Shown here: one piece after another, positions 48,066-64,000 of the stretch
Position numbering within the stretch: position 1 is the stretch's first letter
Layout of the letters: the number at the start of each line of letters is the position of its first letter
The notes under the pieces: generated by a model
Seen by the model: only the letters and a program-made list of their open reading frames with translations
What the model was told of the DNA's origin: nothing
The model's database searches: none
Position numbers and translations under genes: made by a program
NCBI GenBank assembly: GCA_036867785.1
Contig: CP145425.1
Coordinates: 434,001 to 498,000 of the forward strand
Direction: 5' to 3'
Length of the DNA: 64,000 nt
Source: Plasmodiophora brassicae
Lineage: Eukaryota

Positions 48066-53587
<5,522 letters not shown>

Positions 53588-54412
53588 GACGATCACGGAG
53601 CGCGCCACGGACCTCCCGTCAATCTCAATATATCCACCGGCCGACTGGTCACCGGCGGGTCCGTATGCCCGCGGTCGTCGCAGTCACTAGCGGTTCGCCA
53701 GGCGTGGGGTGCCGCGCGATCGATCGCACACGCACGGACGGTGGGAGCGCACCCGGCCTACGCCCGACCACGCCGATTGGATTCTGATGCACCGTGGACC
53801 AGCGGCGACGAAAAGCCCGTGAGTCCGCCCGTCGCTTTTCCCGGCGGCCGCCCAACAAAGTTGCGTAGATCGAGCACCCGCCACACACGACGCGACGACT
53901 TGGGACGCGCGCCCCCTCCAGGGAGCGGCCTCCTTCCTGCCCAGAAGCACCGACATCCACCGTCGTGGATCCCGCTGCATTGCTCAGCGGCATCGTCGCC
54001 CGGTTCGCGTTCGGACGCAGTTTCGGTCGTGCAGCTGGACCCCTCGACGGCGCCGTTTTGGACATGACCCGCCCGTGCAACGTTAGCGTGATGTGCGGGC
54101 GTCTCGCCCTAAGGAGGAGGCTGCGGCCGTCGTTTTGCATCGCACGTCTGCAGATGCAGTCCGCCCCGCGGTTCGACGACTGGACAGTGCGCGCTGCCTT
54201 TGCGCAGTTTGCCGGCCGCCGGATCGGTGTTTCGGTAGATGCGCGGCGTGTCCCCAGGCACACATTTGCCGCGTCAACCCGCACCTCGTGCGCTCGAACA
54301 TTCCAGAACGTCTGGATGCGAAACCGCCGTGTCCCGGGTGCTGCAGTAACCGCTGGTCGCATTCGTCAAGTCAGTGGCTGTCGAGCACATCACAATCATC
54401 ATCAACCGCATC

Positions 54413-55105
54413 ATGAAATACATCATCGTCGCGGCGATTGTTTCGGCGCTCGCGTCGTCGCCAGCTCTGGCGTTCACGAACGGGACGAACCTGCCCAGCT
54501 ACTTCTGCCACCCTGGGTTTGGGTTGCCGGCCTCGTTAGGCCCGCTGCTGTCCGTCATCAACAAAACGAACCCGCCGGCAGCGACCGCCATCGCCGGGTT
54601 CCACAACTCGCCTGACCTGATGGCCCGTCCGAACCTCGTCAACGTCCGCCTCGAATCTGTTGCGACTGGCATGCTGCAGTCGACAATCGTCGCCGGCTGC
54701 GATTACCGCCTTGTCGTCAACACGACGAACGGTCAGGCGCTTGACGGGCTCATCATCTGGGGCGAGGTCTCGCCCATTGTGAAGGTCGGCCACTTCGTCG
54801 AACTCGGCCCGACGATGTCGATCTGGCCTGCATGTGGCCCTGGCCGGGTCGGTGCCGTCCACCACCAGGTCGTCTCGGAGACGACCACGTACAACCAGCT
54901 CGTGTGGCGCGCCCCGTTGGAACTGTCCTGGGGCGAGCCGGGCTCTTCCCCGCTCGGGTTCAGCAAGTGGAGCTTGTTCGAACCGCCTGCACCGCAGCTG
55001 AACATTGCTGTCCAATTCCGAGGCGTCACTGATACCGACGGCGGGTTTGGCACCTGGATCAACGACGTCGTGTTCCCGTTCACGACGAACGGCATCTGCG
55101 CCTAG
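54413..55105 (+). CDS. Secreted protein, possibly Reeler-like beta-sandwich
   Basis: Intronless. Signal MKYIIVAAIVSALASSPALA, then FTNG..PSYFC, VGHF, WPAC, WRAP, VQFRG. Confidence 0.7.
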   Translation: MKYIIVAAIVSALASSPALAFTNGTNLPSYFCHPGFGLPASLGPLLSVINKTNPPAATAIAGFHNSPDLMARPNLVNVRLESVATGMLQSTIVAGCDYRLVVNTTNGQALDGLIIWGEVSPIVKVGHFVELGPTMSIWPACGPGRVGAVHHQVVSETTTYNQLVWRAPLELSWGEPGSSPLGFSKWSLFEPPAPQLNIAVQFRGVTDTDGGFGTWINDVVFPFTTNGICA

Positions 55106-55193
55106 ACGCGGCAAGCTCACTGTCGTAAGGCCTAGCCGGAATCATACACGGGCCAACTGTGTTCTCGAACAACGTACGATGGAACCATTTCGT

Positions 55194-57978
55194 TTATATA
55201 GTGGAGTTCAGCCGTCGGGCAAGTTCCTCGTCGTCGTCGTCACCAATGGCCTCGTTGTGCTTGCTGCGCGGGTGCTGGCACTTCTGGCACCGGTTCGGGT
55301 CGAAGACGTTGGCTTGGAATCGGGGGCATGAACAAACTGTACAGTTGGCGTCGCCGTTCTCGGAAACGGGTGGGGGATTTTGTCCTACGACGACCAGCAT
55401 CAGGAGCGAGTGGGTACCTTTTCAACTAGCGAGACCTACCCAGCATGACATATCCAGCAGGGAAGAATCCCATCTCGCCGGTGTCTGGGAGGTACCCAGC
55501 CCACCAGGATTCCGCTCTCGCGTCCAGCACGTTGACGACCTGCTTGGCACCGAACGAGAGGATATCGCGCCCGACGAAATCCTCAACGGCAACGGCCTTC
55601 GTCTTCTTCGACGATCCCACCGCAGAGCACGGGAACACGCCCGTCTCCCCGTTGTCGAGCGTGCCCCTCCACCATCTGCACCACCAGCGCTTGAGCTCAA
55701 CACTGAAACCGTCACAGCAACCCATCGTTACCCGGAAGGATCACGAGAGATGATCTTGACGCTGTCGCCGACTTTTAACGAGATTTGCTTCAGGGAACTG
55801 CCATCGAACGCCATCGAGGATACCCCTGGGCATCCTTGCTCGACGCGGATCGCAGTGCCCAGCTCTTCTGTGCAGCATGGGCCGAACCAGCCGCGCTCGC
55901 CCGTGCGCAGGTTGCACCCTAGCCACCAGCCGCTCGTGTGCGGCCGGTCCACCAGGATCAGGTCGCCCGTGTCGAAGTTCAGTTCACTGCTGTCGTCGCC
56001 TTCCGCCTGATGTGAGGTGATCGCGCGCACGTACAGGACGCTTTCGAGCGTTTTCCTGATGAGACCGTCAGGAATGGGCACGCATACACTCGCGTTCGCC
56101 GTTACATTTCGATCGAATGCGACGATGCCGCTGACGTCCTTCGGGTATCGGCGGCAGGAGATAACGATGCCGCAGACGTTGCAGACGTTGTCGACGACCT
56201 GCGTATGTCTTGGACGGGAGAGATGGACGCCCCAGAGTCTCGTCGACAATCCTGGACGGACTGAAAGCGGGCATCGATCTCTGTCGACGTTTCAGAGGCG
56301 GCCGGGGGACGTAGTTGAACCTCGCAGGCATTGCATCTGGCAAACGACAACGTCAACGTCGAAACGAAATCAGACGGGATGCCCCAGCGTACATCCTTTG
56401 GGTCTTGCCCGAATCCGAAACGTTGAGGGCGATTCGTCCCCGGCTGCAATCACCACAAACCAGACATCCACATCTGCAATCACGTGCATCAGATCACGTG
56501 AAACGCGCCAGCGGAACAACGTCCTACCGCCGGCAGTGGTGCCGCCTTCTGAACATGCTGAATTCCGCGAAACAGACACTGCACGAGTTCGACAGCGAAT
56601 TCGGTTGCCAGACCGGGGCGGCATCCATGACGACAGACATCGCTCTCGTCCTGGGCGAACCACGATCAGTCAGCACCAGATAGCATGCGGTGAACCAAAC
56701 ATACTTTGTGGTCCGGTTTTTGAACTCTTGGATGCATTCCGTAAGGTGGATCAACCATTCCACTTTGTCCTCGTGGGAATCGGCAAGGACAGTGAAACTC
56801 TTCTCCTGGCTTCGGATTTGGAAGGGGTATCTACCCTCGGACGACGGTTCGTCGATCACTTCAAACGACGCGTCGACGGACATCATCCGATTGAGCTTCA
56901 GCCCGTCGCTGCGGCCAGAGGCTGGCCGCGCGTACACAAGCAGGTCATTGAAGAGGATGAACTCTCGCACCATGTTCTTCGAGCGACAAACTTTGGTCAA
57001 CGACCCGACCCGAACCAGGCGCCTGTACAACCACCTTGTCAGTTGGCCATCACGATGGCGAAACGGAATACAGAACCTTGACGGCGCCACCAGAGTGACC
57101 TCGTTATTGAATCGCTTCTGAAGTTCCAGGATCTTCGCGCTGTTTTCCCGATCACGAATTGCTTCGTTGATCTGAGTCGTCACGTTCGAGGCTTGCTGAC
57201 AAGCGGCTGTACGGATGCACAGTCAGCAACCGCTGAGACCTGCTCGAATCGCGACCAACATTTCAGATCGTCGTAGTCGGGATGCGACGGATCCGTAATG
57301 GACGACAGTTCGTGGAACAGCATCCTGTAGCGGGGCAGGCGCTGCACGGGCAGGATCAGGAAACTCTCGAGGCCGTTGCCTTTGCATTCCGGGCTCTGCG
57401 CGAACTCGTTGATCAGCTTGACGAGCGAATCGCGGTTCTGCCGCATCTGCTGCAGAACTCGCGTCCCGTCTTCATGCTGGTTCGCATACGAGCAGTACAT
57501 TCGCAGGAACGGCGCTGGAGCAATACGGTTAGTTCGGGGGCGCCTGGGCCCATACGCGCTGCATACCGAACGCGAGGAACACGTCGCCGATCTTCTGCGT
57601 GTCGTCCCATTGTACCATGCGGACGGACAGCTCGTCGAGGAACTTCTTGTTCAGGCCGGCGATGACTTGCACGTTCCTGAACATCTCGGCCAGTGACGGG
57701 CTCAACGACTGCTTGCCTTGGAGCGGGACGATGAACACCTTGACAAGGATATCGATCGACTCCACGTATCTACAGCACCGTCAGCACGCGCCTAACGCGT
57801 GGGCGTCATCGCCGCCCTACGTCTGCTCGGTCGACAGGAGCTCCCTGGCCAGTCGCGTCCGCTTCATGGCGACCTTACGCTTGGCCAGAACCTCCGGGTC
57901 GGGGAACACCTCCTCGAGGATGTCGATCGGCAACGGCGGCGGCAGGTCCGGCATCATCGGCGGCCCGGGTTCCGGCAT
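55194..57978 (-). CDS. FGD-like RhoGEF: DH-PH-FYVE + three SH3-like domains + C-terminal Cys/His knuckle
   Basis: ARELLSTEQTYV, LESFLILPVQRLPRY, FILFNDLLVY, WQPN..CSVC..FSMFRRRHHCRRCG. SH3-like ELNFDTGDLI..GWW, WWRG..GVFP, SWWAG..GFFPAGYV. Confidence 0.88.
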
Positions 57979-58170
57979 GGCAGGGCGGCGGCAGCGACGG
58001 CCGTCGGTCGAGTCTCCACCGAATGCGCTCTGTCGCCCCGTTGCTATAAACGAACAACTGCGCAACTGCGCCACCAATCCTATATATAGTCCAGGGCTTG
58101 GCATCTTGCCAGTTGTGCGTCTGGAACCTGGCCGGAACTTGCCCGCTCCAGGCGCCTTATGTACATATAA

Positions 58171-59210
58171 TTACATTTCGACGCCGAACAGGCGCTCTCT
58201 GCGTTCGACTTCGGCGAGGTCGACCGGGGCGCGCGCCTGGAACGACGACGACGACGACGGTCTCCTGCCACGGCGCGGTTGAGGCCCTGTGCTCTTGGAT
58301 CGCGGCTGACGCTTCTTCTTGTTGTTCCACTGCCACGGCTTCCACGATTTCCCGGACCTCTTGCTGGGTTTGCCGGCGGCGTCCTGGTTCGCGCGAACTC
58401 GCTTTCTGTTGACGTTCGTCAGCATAAGGAGATAACATCATCTGCCTCGGTACGAACTTAGGGAGACGGCCAGGCGAACGAGCGGGATGATATTCTTGGT
58501 AAGGAGGGGCACCTGCAACATCGCTAGGTTCTGCCGAACAGGACAGTCTGGGGTCTGCACCTAAACCGGCGTTGTCGTCGAGCAATTCGATGTCGGAAAG
58601 CCAGCCTGGAAGCATGTGATGGACGAGGATCGTTCCCTCAATCGACGCCCTGGATGGGAGTTGCGCTCGGCCGTTGTCGCCCTCGGTCTGCGATCTTTGA
58701 GCGACAATTTCGGGAGACTCGGGAACGACGACATTGTCGCGGTCCCACGTGTCAGCTGTTAAATCCAGGACGCCAACATCATCGCTAACGACGTCATCCG
58801 AGGGAGACGACGGGTGGTTGTCGTCCCCGTCCGTGTGCGGCATCTCTTCCGGCGCGTGGAACATGTGATTGGATTCGGGGACGTACAGACGCTGCGGGTT
58901 CGGCCTGGCGCCCGCCATTGATGCTGTCGATGGCGAGACGCCAATGAACGCCGGCCGCCGCCGCACCGCCATCATTGACGACGGGCTCCAGATCTGGAAT
59001 GCAGACGGAGCCAGTCACACACCCACTGTCGTGGAGAAAAACCCCGTGTCCTACAAATCCGCCGCCGGGCCCCCTGACCTGACTGTACCGCAGGGGTATG
59101 ACGATCGTATCGCGGGATATAGATGGGATTCGTGTAAGACCGCCGTGTTCCGCTCGTCCACAATACACGCCGTCGTCTGTCTTGAACAGCGGTTTTTGCA
59201 TTATGAAGAC
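58171..59210 (-). CDS. Hypothetical disordered protein
   Basis: Acidic coding-like exon (58157-58975 ORF) and a basic terminal exon ending ERRERLFGVEM*; 5' end unresolved. Confidence 0.35.
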
Positions 59211-59360
59211 GGTCGCTTGACAACGTGGGCAAGCGGCAAGCTGCGGGCTTGCTGGTCTGCGTCTATTGCAATGTGAGGTACCAAGAAGACTGCGCGATGG
59301 CGGAGTTTTGGCGCAGTCGGGAATCCGCTGACCCAGAGGCACACCGGAGCCTGTGCAGCC

Positions 59361-59780
59361 ATGGTGGCGACCGAATCTGGGGCTGCCCAGTCGCTGAAGG
59401 CATTGCTGCGTCAGGTCAAGCGGCGATCGCGATCGCTGATCGACGAGAACGACACGGCCCGAAAAACCATTCGGAAGCTTCGCGCGAAGAATGCGAAACT
59501 GGAGGCGCGAATCCGACAACTGGAGTCCGGCGGCTCCGCTTCAGCGGTTGCTCGTTGTTCCCGTTGCCGCAACGTCGTAGATGCGGACGAGCCCGACGGT
59601 GCATGCATCTACCATACGGGTATCTTCTACGACGTCGAAGGCGATGGGCGCGAGCTGGACTCAGACTCCGAGACGTTTGGGATGTGGAGCTGCTGCGAAG
59701 CTGAAGAACGTGACGCGATTGGTTGCAAGAAAGGCAGACACAAGGTTCTCTTGAAGCGAGAACCGTCCTCTGAATCGTGA
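59361..59780 (+). CDS. Small coiled-coil + CHORD-like Cys/His zinc-binding protein
   Basis: Heptad N-terminus; CSRC...CIYHTG...WSCC...GCKKGRH. Confidence 0.7.
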   Translation: MVATESGAAQSLKALLRQVKRRSRSLIDENDTARKTIRKLRAKNAKLEARIRQLESGGSASAVARCSRCRNVVDADEPDGACIYHTGIFYDVEGDGRELDSDSETFGMWSCCEAEERDAIGCKKGRHKVLLKREPSSES

Positions 59781-59821
59781 CGATGTAAAATCGACCGGTG
59801 TTGTTGAACGTCGTATAGTCT

Positions 59822-61114
59822 TTATCGTGTGCGTAGCGTCTTCACGGTCTCGTAACACTGAGGGTGGAACGGCCGCGAGTCATCGATAGCCCGATGCGTC
59901 GGCGGGACAAACATGAACTCGTCAGAGTCGTGCATAAGTACGCGTTGACAACCCCCGCAGCTGGCCGTAAACAGGTTCTCGAACTGGATGAGCCATGTCT
60001 ATGTGCAGATTCAGCAAACGCTGCAGATCAGATCATGTAGCCCGATATTACGATAAATCGTCGAAGAGCGTGGATGCTAGAAGAAGAAGAAGCCGCCAGA
60101 TGGGACGCCGTCGAGAAGGCAACAAGCGTCAATCGCCGAAAGACACAGAACGCAGACGCGCACCATAGCGCATCGTCGACATCAGCGTAACGCTCGTTCC
60201 ATCCCAGGACGTTGATTCGTCCCATCTCGTACGACTTGTCGTCGTTGTCACCATAGCCCGACGGGAATGCAATCGTCGCCCGGAAGACATTCTCGACCCG
60301 GACCTGTTCACGTCGTTAGACGCCGACAGCAAGCACAACAGCACGTCATGTCTAACTGTGAGTGCACGGTCCGCATTGTTGCACTGGTACTCCAGCATGA
60401 GTTTCGGGTGTTGCTGCTGAAGCTCGCGAAGCACCTCCTGAAATGACAGCGATCTACAAACATACCGTGAGCCGTGTTTGGTCTAAACGATGCACGCTGT
60501 CCAGTAGGACACCCTGACCCTTCGGCTACCTCGCGGATATTGCTTCGACAAGCGATTTCAGGAAATGCTTTGTGAAGCGCCGCACGATGCGCTCTGACGT
60601 TGGATCAGGCACAGGGGTGACGTACTAGGCAAACACGATACAGACCTCGACAGAACGTCGACTTTGGGTCGGTCGCGATCTGCACGGTCACATACGGCAA
60701 TCGGTATCTCTGCAGATATCGTTGCGAATTTCAACACTCTACGAACGCAGAGCGGTGAGCAGACGGAGGTAACGGTGTACCCTACCGCGACGTACACGCG
60801 GGATAGGCTGACTGGACCAGGAAAGTCAGGTGAAATAACGATGGTGTCTGCTTGAATATAAGTCGACCGTTTTGTACCGTTGACCAGCAGCTACACAAAC
60901 CTTTGATGCCGGCGATAGCCTCCTTGAACGCCGCCAGGGCCGCATCGAGCGCCGCCCGGCGCTGCTTGACGACGGCCGCGAACGTCCCGGTCCCGTCGAG
61001 GAACGTGTTCCGCCACGACTCGAGCACGTCCATGACGGCCAGGCGCAGGCCAACGATGGCGTCGATCGCCGCCGCAATCGACTCCTGGTCCGCACGAATC
61101 GCATCGACATCCAT
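59822..61114 (-). CDS. MED27: Mediator subunit MED27
   Basis: Spliced C-terminus INVLGWNE..LWCASAFCVFRRLT..TWLIQFENLFTASCGGCQRVL..VPPTHR..FHPQC matches the MED27 C-terminal zinc-finger pattern. Confidence 0.75.
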
Positions 61115-61229
61115 CGCGGGCGTCACTCTGCGGAGTCCCTGGGCGCGGTACCAGTCAGCAGCACTGGCACTACCCACAGGGCAGGCGTCAGACGGTGCTG
61201 CAGCAACAAACAGCGACTGCACTTTATCG

Positions 61230-62154
61230 TCAACTGGAGAAGAAACGCGCCACGTAGGCGGCCGTTTTCGAAGACACGGGCGTGGACCTAGTCATCTCCG
61301 CGGGCGTCGCTTGCGATATGCGCTTGATGGATCCGAGACAGTCTTGAAGCAATGCCCTGCGACGGGTCAGACGTGACGCGCGCCGACAACGCACCGACTG
61401 CGACGCTCACATTTCCTGTGGGTCGACGCCCGGCATGTTTGACAGGACTTCTCGCGCTACATGTGGCCCGGAACGTGATTCGAATAGCTGGGAGGCACAC
61501 ACATAGGGGAACGTGTTTCAAGCGTGGCAGGATGATGATGATAAGTACCTGTTTGACCCGTCGCTCGCGGCTCGCCGACGTTTCGCCTCGGAAAGCGCGC
61601 ACCAGGCAGGCGACAACTTTGGGAACGTCGTCGACAGACTTGCACATGACGACCTGCGGCAACGACCTCAGGTTCTTCCTGCGGAGACGTCTTATTAGCA
61701 ATGGTATCAGGCATTCACCCTCAAGACCTACGACTGGAATTCCAGCAGCAGCTGACGGCCGAGTTCGGTGCTGATGATGCATAGAAGAAACGACTGCTGG
61801 AAGGTCTTGCAGACTCGTGTGCAATTCTCCAACAGCTTCTCACGATGGACGCTTGCGGACCAATCAGTGCCATAACCCATGAATTGCGGTCACACACCTA
61901 CTGGACCAGCCACTGGTCTTCGGCAGCGACAACGCACGCGACGCTAACAGCAGACGGTATGATCAGGCTGGCCACCACAATCCGTCAATTTCGGGGCAAC
62001 CCGCGCGACTAAATTCAAACGACCTCGGCGCGATGCTGTCATCAGTTCGAACCCGAAACTGTCCAGACGCCGTCATGGCGGGCATAAAGCCGCGCGGCAC
62101 CCTGCTGGGCGCCACGATCACCACAGGCTGCAGCGTCGTCGCCGCCGCCGCCAT
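61230..62154 (-). CDS. ERCC1-like meiotic crossover factor (PTD/SPO16-like)
   Basis: Five or six small exons give an ERCC1-like central domain (RVRTDDSI..VACVV..CKTFQQSFLLCII..LPQVVMCKSVDDV) and an (HhH)2 tail LSNMPGVDPQEMALLQDCLGSIKRISQAT..TPVSSKTAAYVARFF*. Confidence 0.65.
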
Positions 62155-62283
62155 GTCGCGACCTTCTCGCGTGTGGGCCCCCCAAAATCACAATGAACGC
62201 ATGCCTCCGGGTCGTAGCTCCTGCACGAGCGACACGCAACGCGACGCGCGCGCTGTAAACTGTCAATCGACTGTGTGCTGTAA

Positions 62284-64000
62284 TCAGAGACGGCCTTGGA
62301 ATAGTTCCTCGGACCACGGCGGGAACTGCCGCTTGTACAGGTTCATGCCGATCGTGTCGTTGTACTTGGGGAACCCGTTGAACGAGCACTTGAAGTACCC
62401 GTGCGTGCCGAGCGGCTCGTCGATCTGGCCGACCAGGCCGCCCTTCGTCGTCAGCGGCACCGGCTTGAACCACCGGATATCGTCCTGGTTGACAGCAGAG
62501 CACCGTTAATACAGACATGCGACGACGCGTCGAGACGAACGTACCGGACGGAAGAACATGTACCGGACAACGGCACGGCGCTTGTGGATCCGGATCGGGT
62601 AGCCGGTCAGCACGATACGCTTGATGTTCAGTCGGTTCGGATCGCAGCCGAACGTTGTCCCGGTGGCGATCAACCTCGCTTTCGGGCTGTCTTCGAACAT
62701 CAGCACGGGAGCGGTGCCGAACATGACTCGCGCGTACGCCGATGCAATTGCATACCGGTTCGCGTGCAGGAACCGCTCGATACGATGCTTGTCGGCGCTG
62801 GGTGAATCATCGGAGTAGACGGGCCTTGCAGGGAACCTTCTGAACCCGACTGATAACACGACGGGCTCCTTGGACTTGACGGGTTTATCGTAGCCCGTTG
62901 TTCGGCGAACCTTGTAATGTGTTACGGAGACCTGTCTTTCATGCTGGTACAGCATCGAGACGATCAGCGGCGATGCCGAGGCCATGGACGCGGCCAATTC
63001 GCCAGCGCCCGCGATGCGGATCCGAACGTAGGAACCGGGTACGGGGCCGGCTGCCTCGCACGCTTCCAGCATCACCCGACGCTGAGTTGCCTCGAATGAC
63101 TGGAACCTGACGATGTGGCCGTACTCCAGCGGAAGGTTCTCCATTGGATCCCAGGAGGACCCAACGAACTGTTTCAGGCCACGGTACTTCTGGAACCGGT
63201 CCCTCGCGCTCTGGTCCAGGGGAACGTCGACCTCGTCCGGAAATTCCAGCTCATCGCGTTCCATACGAAATTTCTGTGCCAACGACATGTGATCAGCACC
63301 TTCGTCCGCCATATCGACTGCTTCGTGTTCGTCCTGTACAAAGTAAGCGATCTGTACGGTAACAGCGACGACGTCGCGTACCTCGTCGTTATCGGAACCG
63401 GACATGATGGACTCCCAGGCCGCCTGCGTTTCTGACAGGCCACGACGCATCAGCTGTTCCTGACGTTCAGCAAGAGCGGCGACTTCGTCGCCTTCTTGCA
63501 TCTCCTCCTCGGTGATCAGCGACTGCTCCCTCGCCAGCGGGTCCAATTCAGCCAGGCCGACCAGCGACGCACGACGCGACGGGTCCGCATTGAACATGGT
63601 CTCGTCGTCACACATATCCGACCCGTTCTTGGTTGCCACTTCGATGCAATCGACCTGAAAGTCGCCGAACCCGGTAACATGGACCTGTGACATATTAGTG
63701 GTGCCCCAACAGCGGAGGCAATGAAACGTACAAGAGCGTTCGGGGACCACGGGCAATCCATTCCACGAATGAAGCCACACACGTCAACCTCTCCAGTCGC
63801 CGAGACGGTAACGTTGTCCACGAGGATGTAAGGGCGCGACTGTCGCCAAATGATGTCACGAAGACGCGCGTTATCGATGGCGCGTATCATATCGCCGCAT
63901 TCTTCAGGCAGGTCAGCAGACAAAATTCGGATGGGTTTGACGGCGATCAGCGTCTGGAGGTATCGTTGTGACGTTCGCCGGACGAGCGGGACATGCTTGG
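62284..64000 (-). CDS. TSR1: Pre-rRNA processing / 40S assembly factor TSR1 (5' end outside window)
   Basis: VHVTGFGDFQ, FPDEVDVPLDQSARDRFQKYRGLK..WDPMENLP, KSKEPVVLSVGFRRF, IKRIVLTGYPIRIHKRRAVVRYMFF, LGTHGYFKC. Confidence 0.95.

Noticed and set aside
58869-59276. Possible FHA-like fragments on either strand
   Set aside because: Only partial motif resemblance, and no coherent spliced domain was obtained.

Overview
GC-rich (~60%) eukaryotic DNA with densely packed genes and many short (~50-70 nt) GT-AG introns, so most listed ORFs are exon fragments or shadows. Intron size, compactness and the CBM18/GH114/GPCR content suggest a phytomyxid protist such as Plasmodiophora (inference, not proven). 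About 35 genes were reconstructed by hand-splicing. Housekeeping: TAF9, SAM synthetase, Pol III C31, ARL5, NAA30, a CHD remodeler, MED27, TSR1, PNPO, an HSF. Secreted/effector-like: a CBM18 protein, two small Cys/Ala-rich paralogues, a GH114 triplet with one pseudogene, a DYVP-repeat protein, a Reeler-like protein. Signalling: two G-alpha paralogues, a class-C-like GPCR, a GAIN/GPS 7TM, a PA-domain multi-TM protein, an FGD-like RhoGEF. Also two Tle1/DUF2235 hydrolases and a meiotic PTD/SPO16-like gene. Top finding: a ~570-nt, highly structured, apparently non-coding minus-strand locus (~2535-3105) between TAF9 and SAM synthetase. It carries an 11-nt telomere-template-like motif (AACCUAAAACC) between a boundary helix and an H-type pseudoknot, making it a candidate telomerase RNA. 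Multi-exon spans run from start to stop codon and are approximate where stated.
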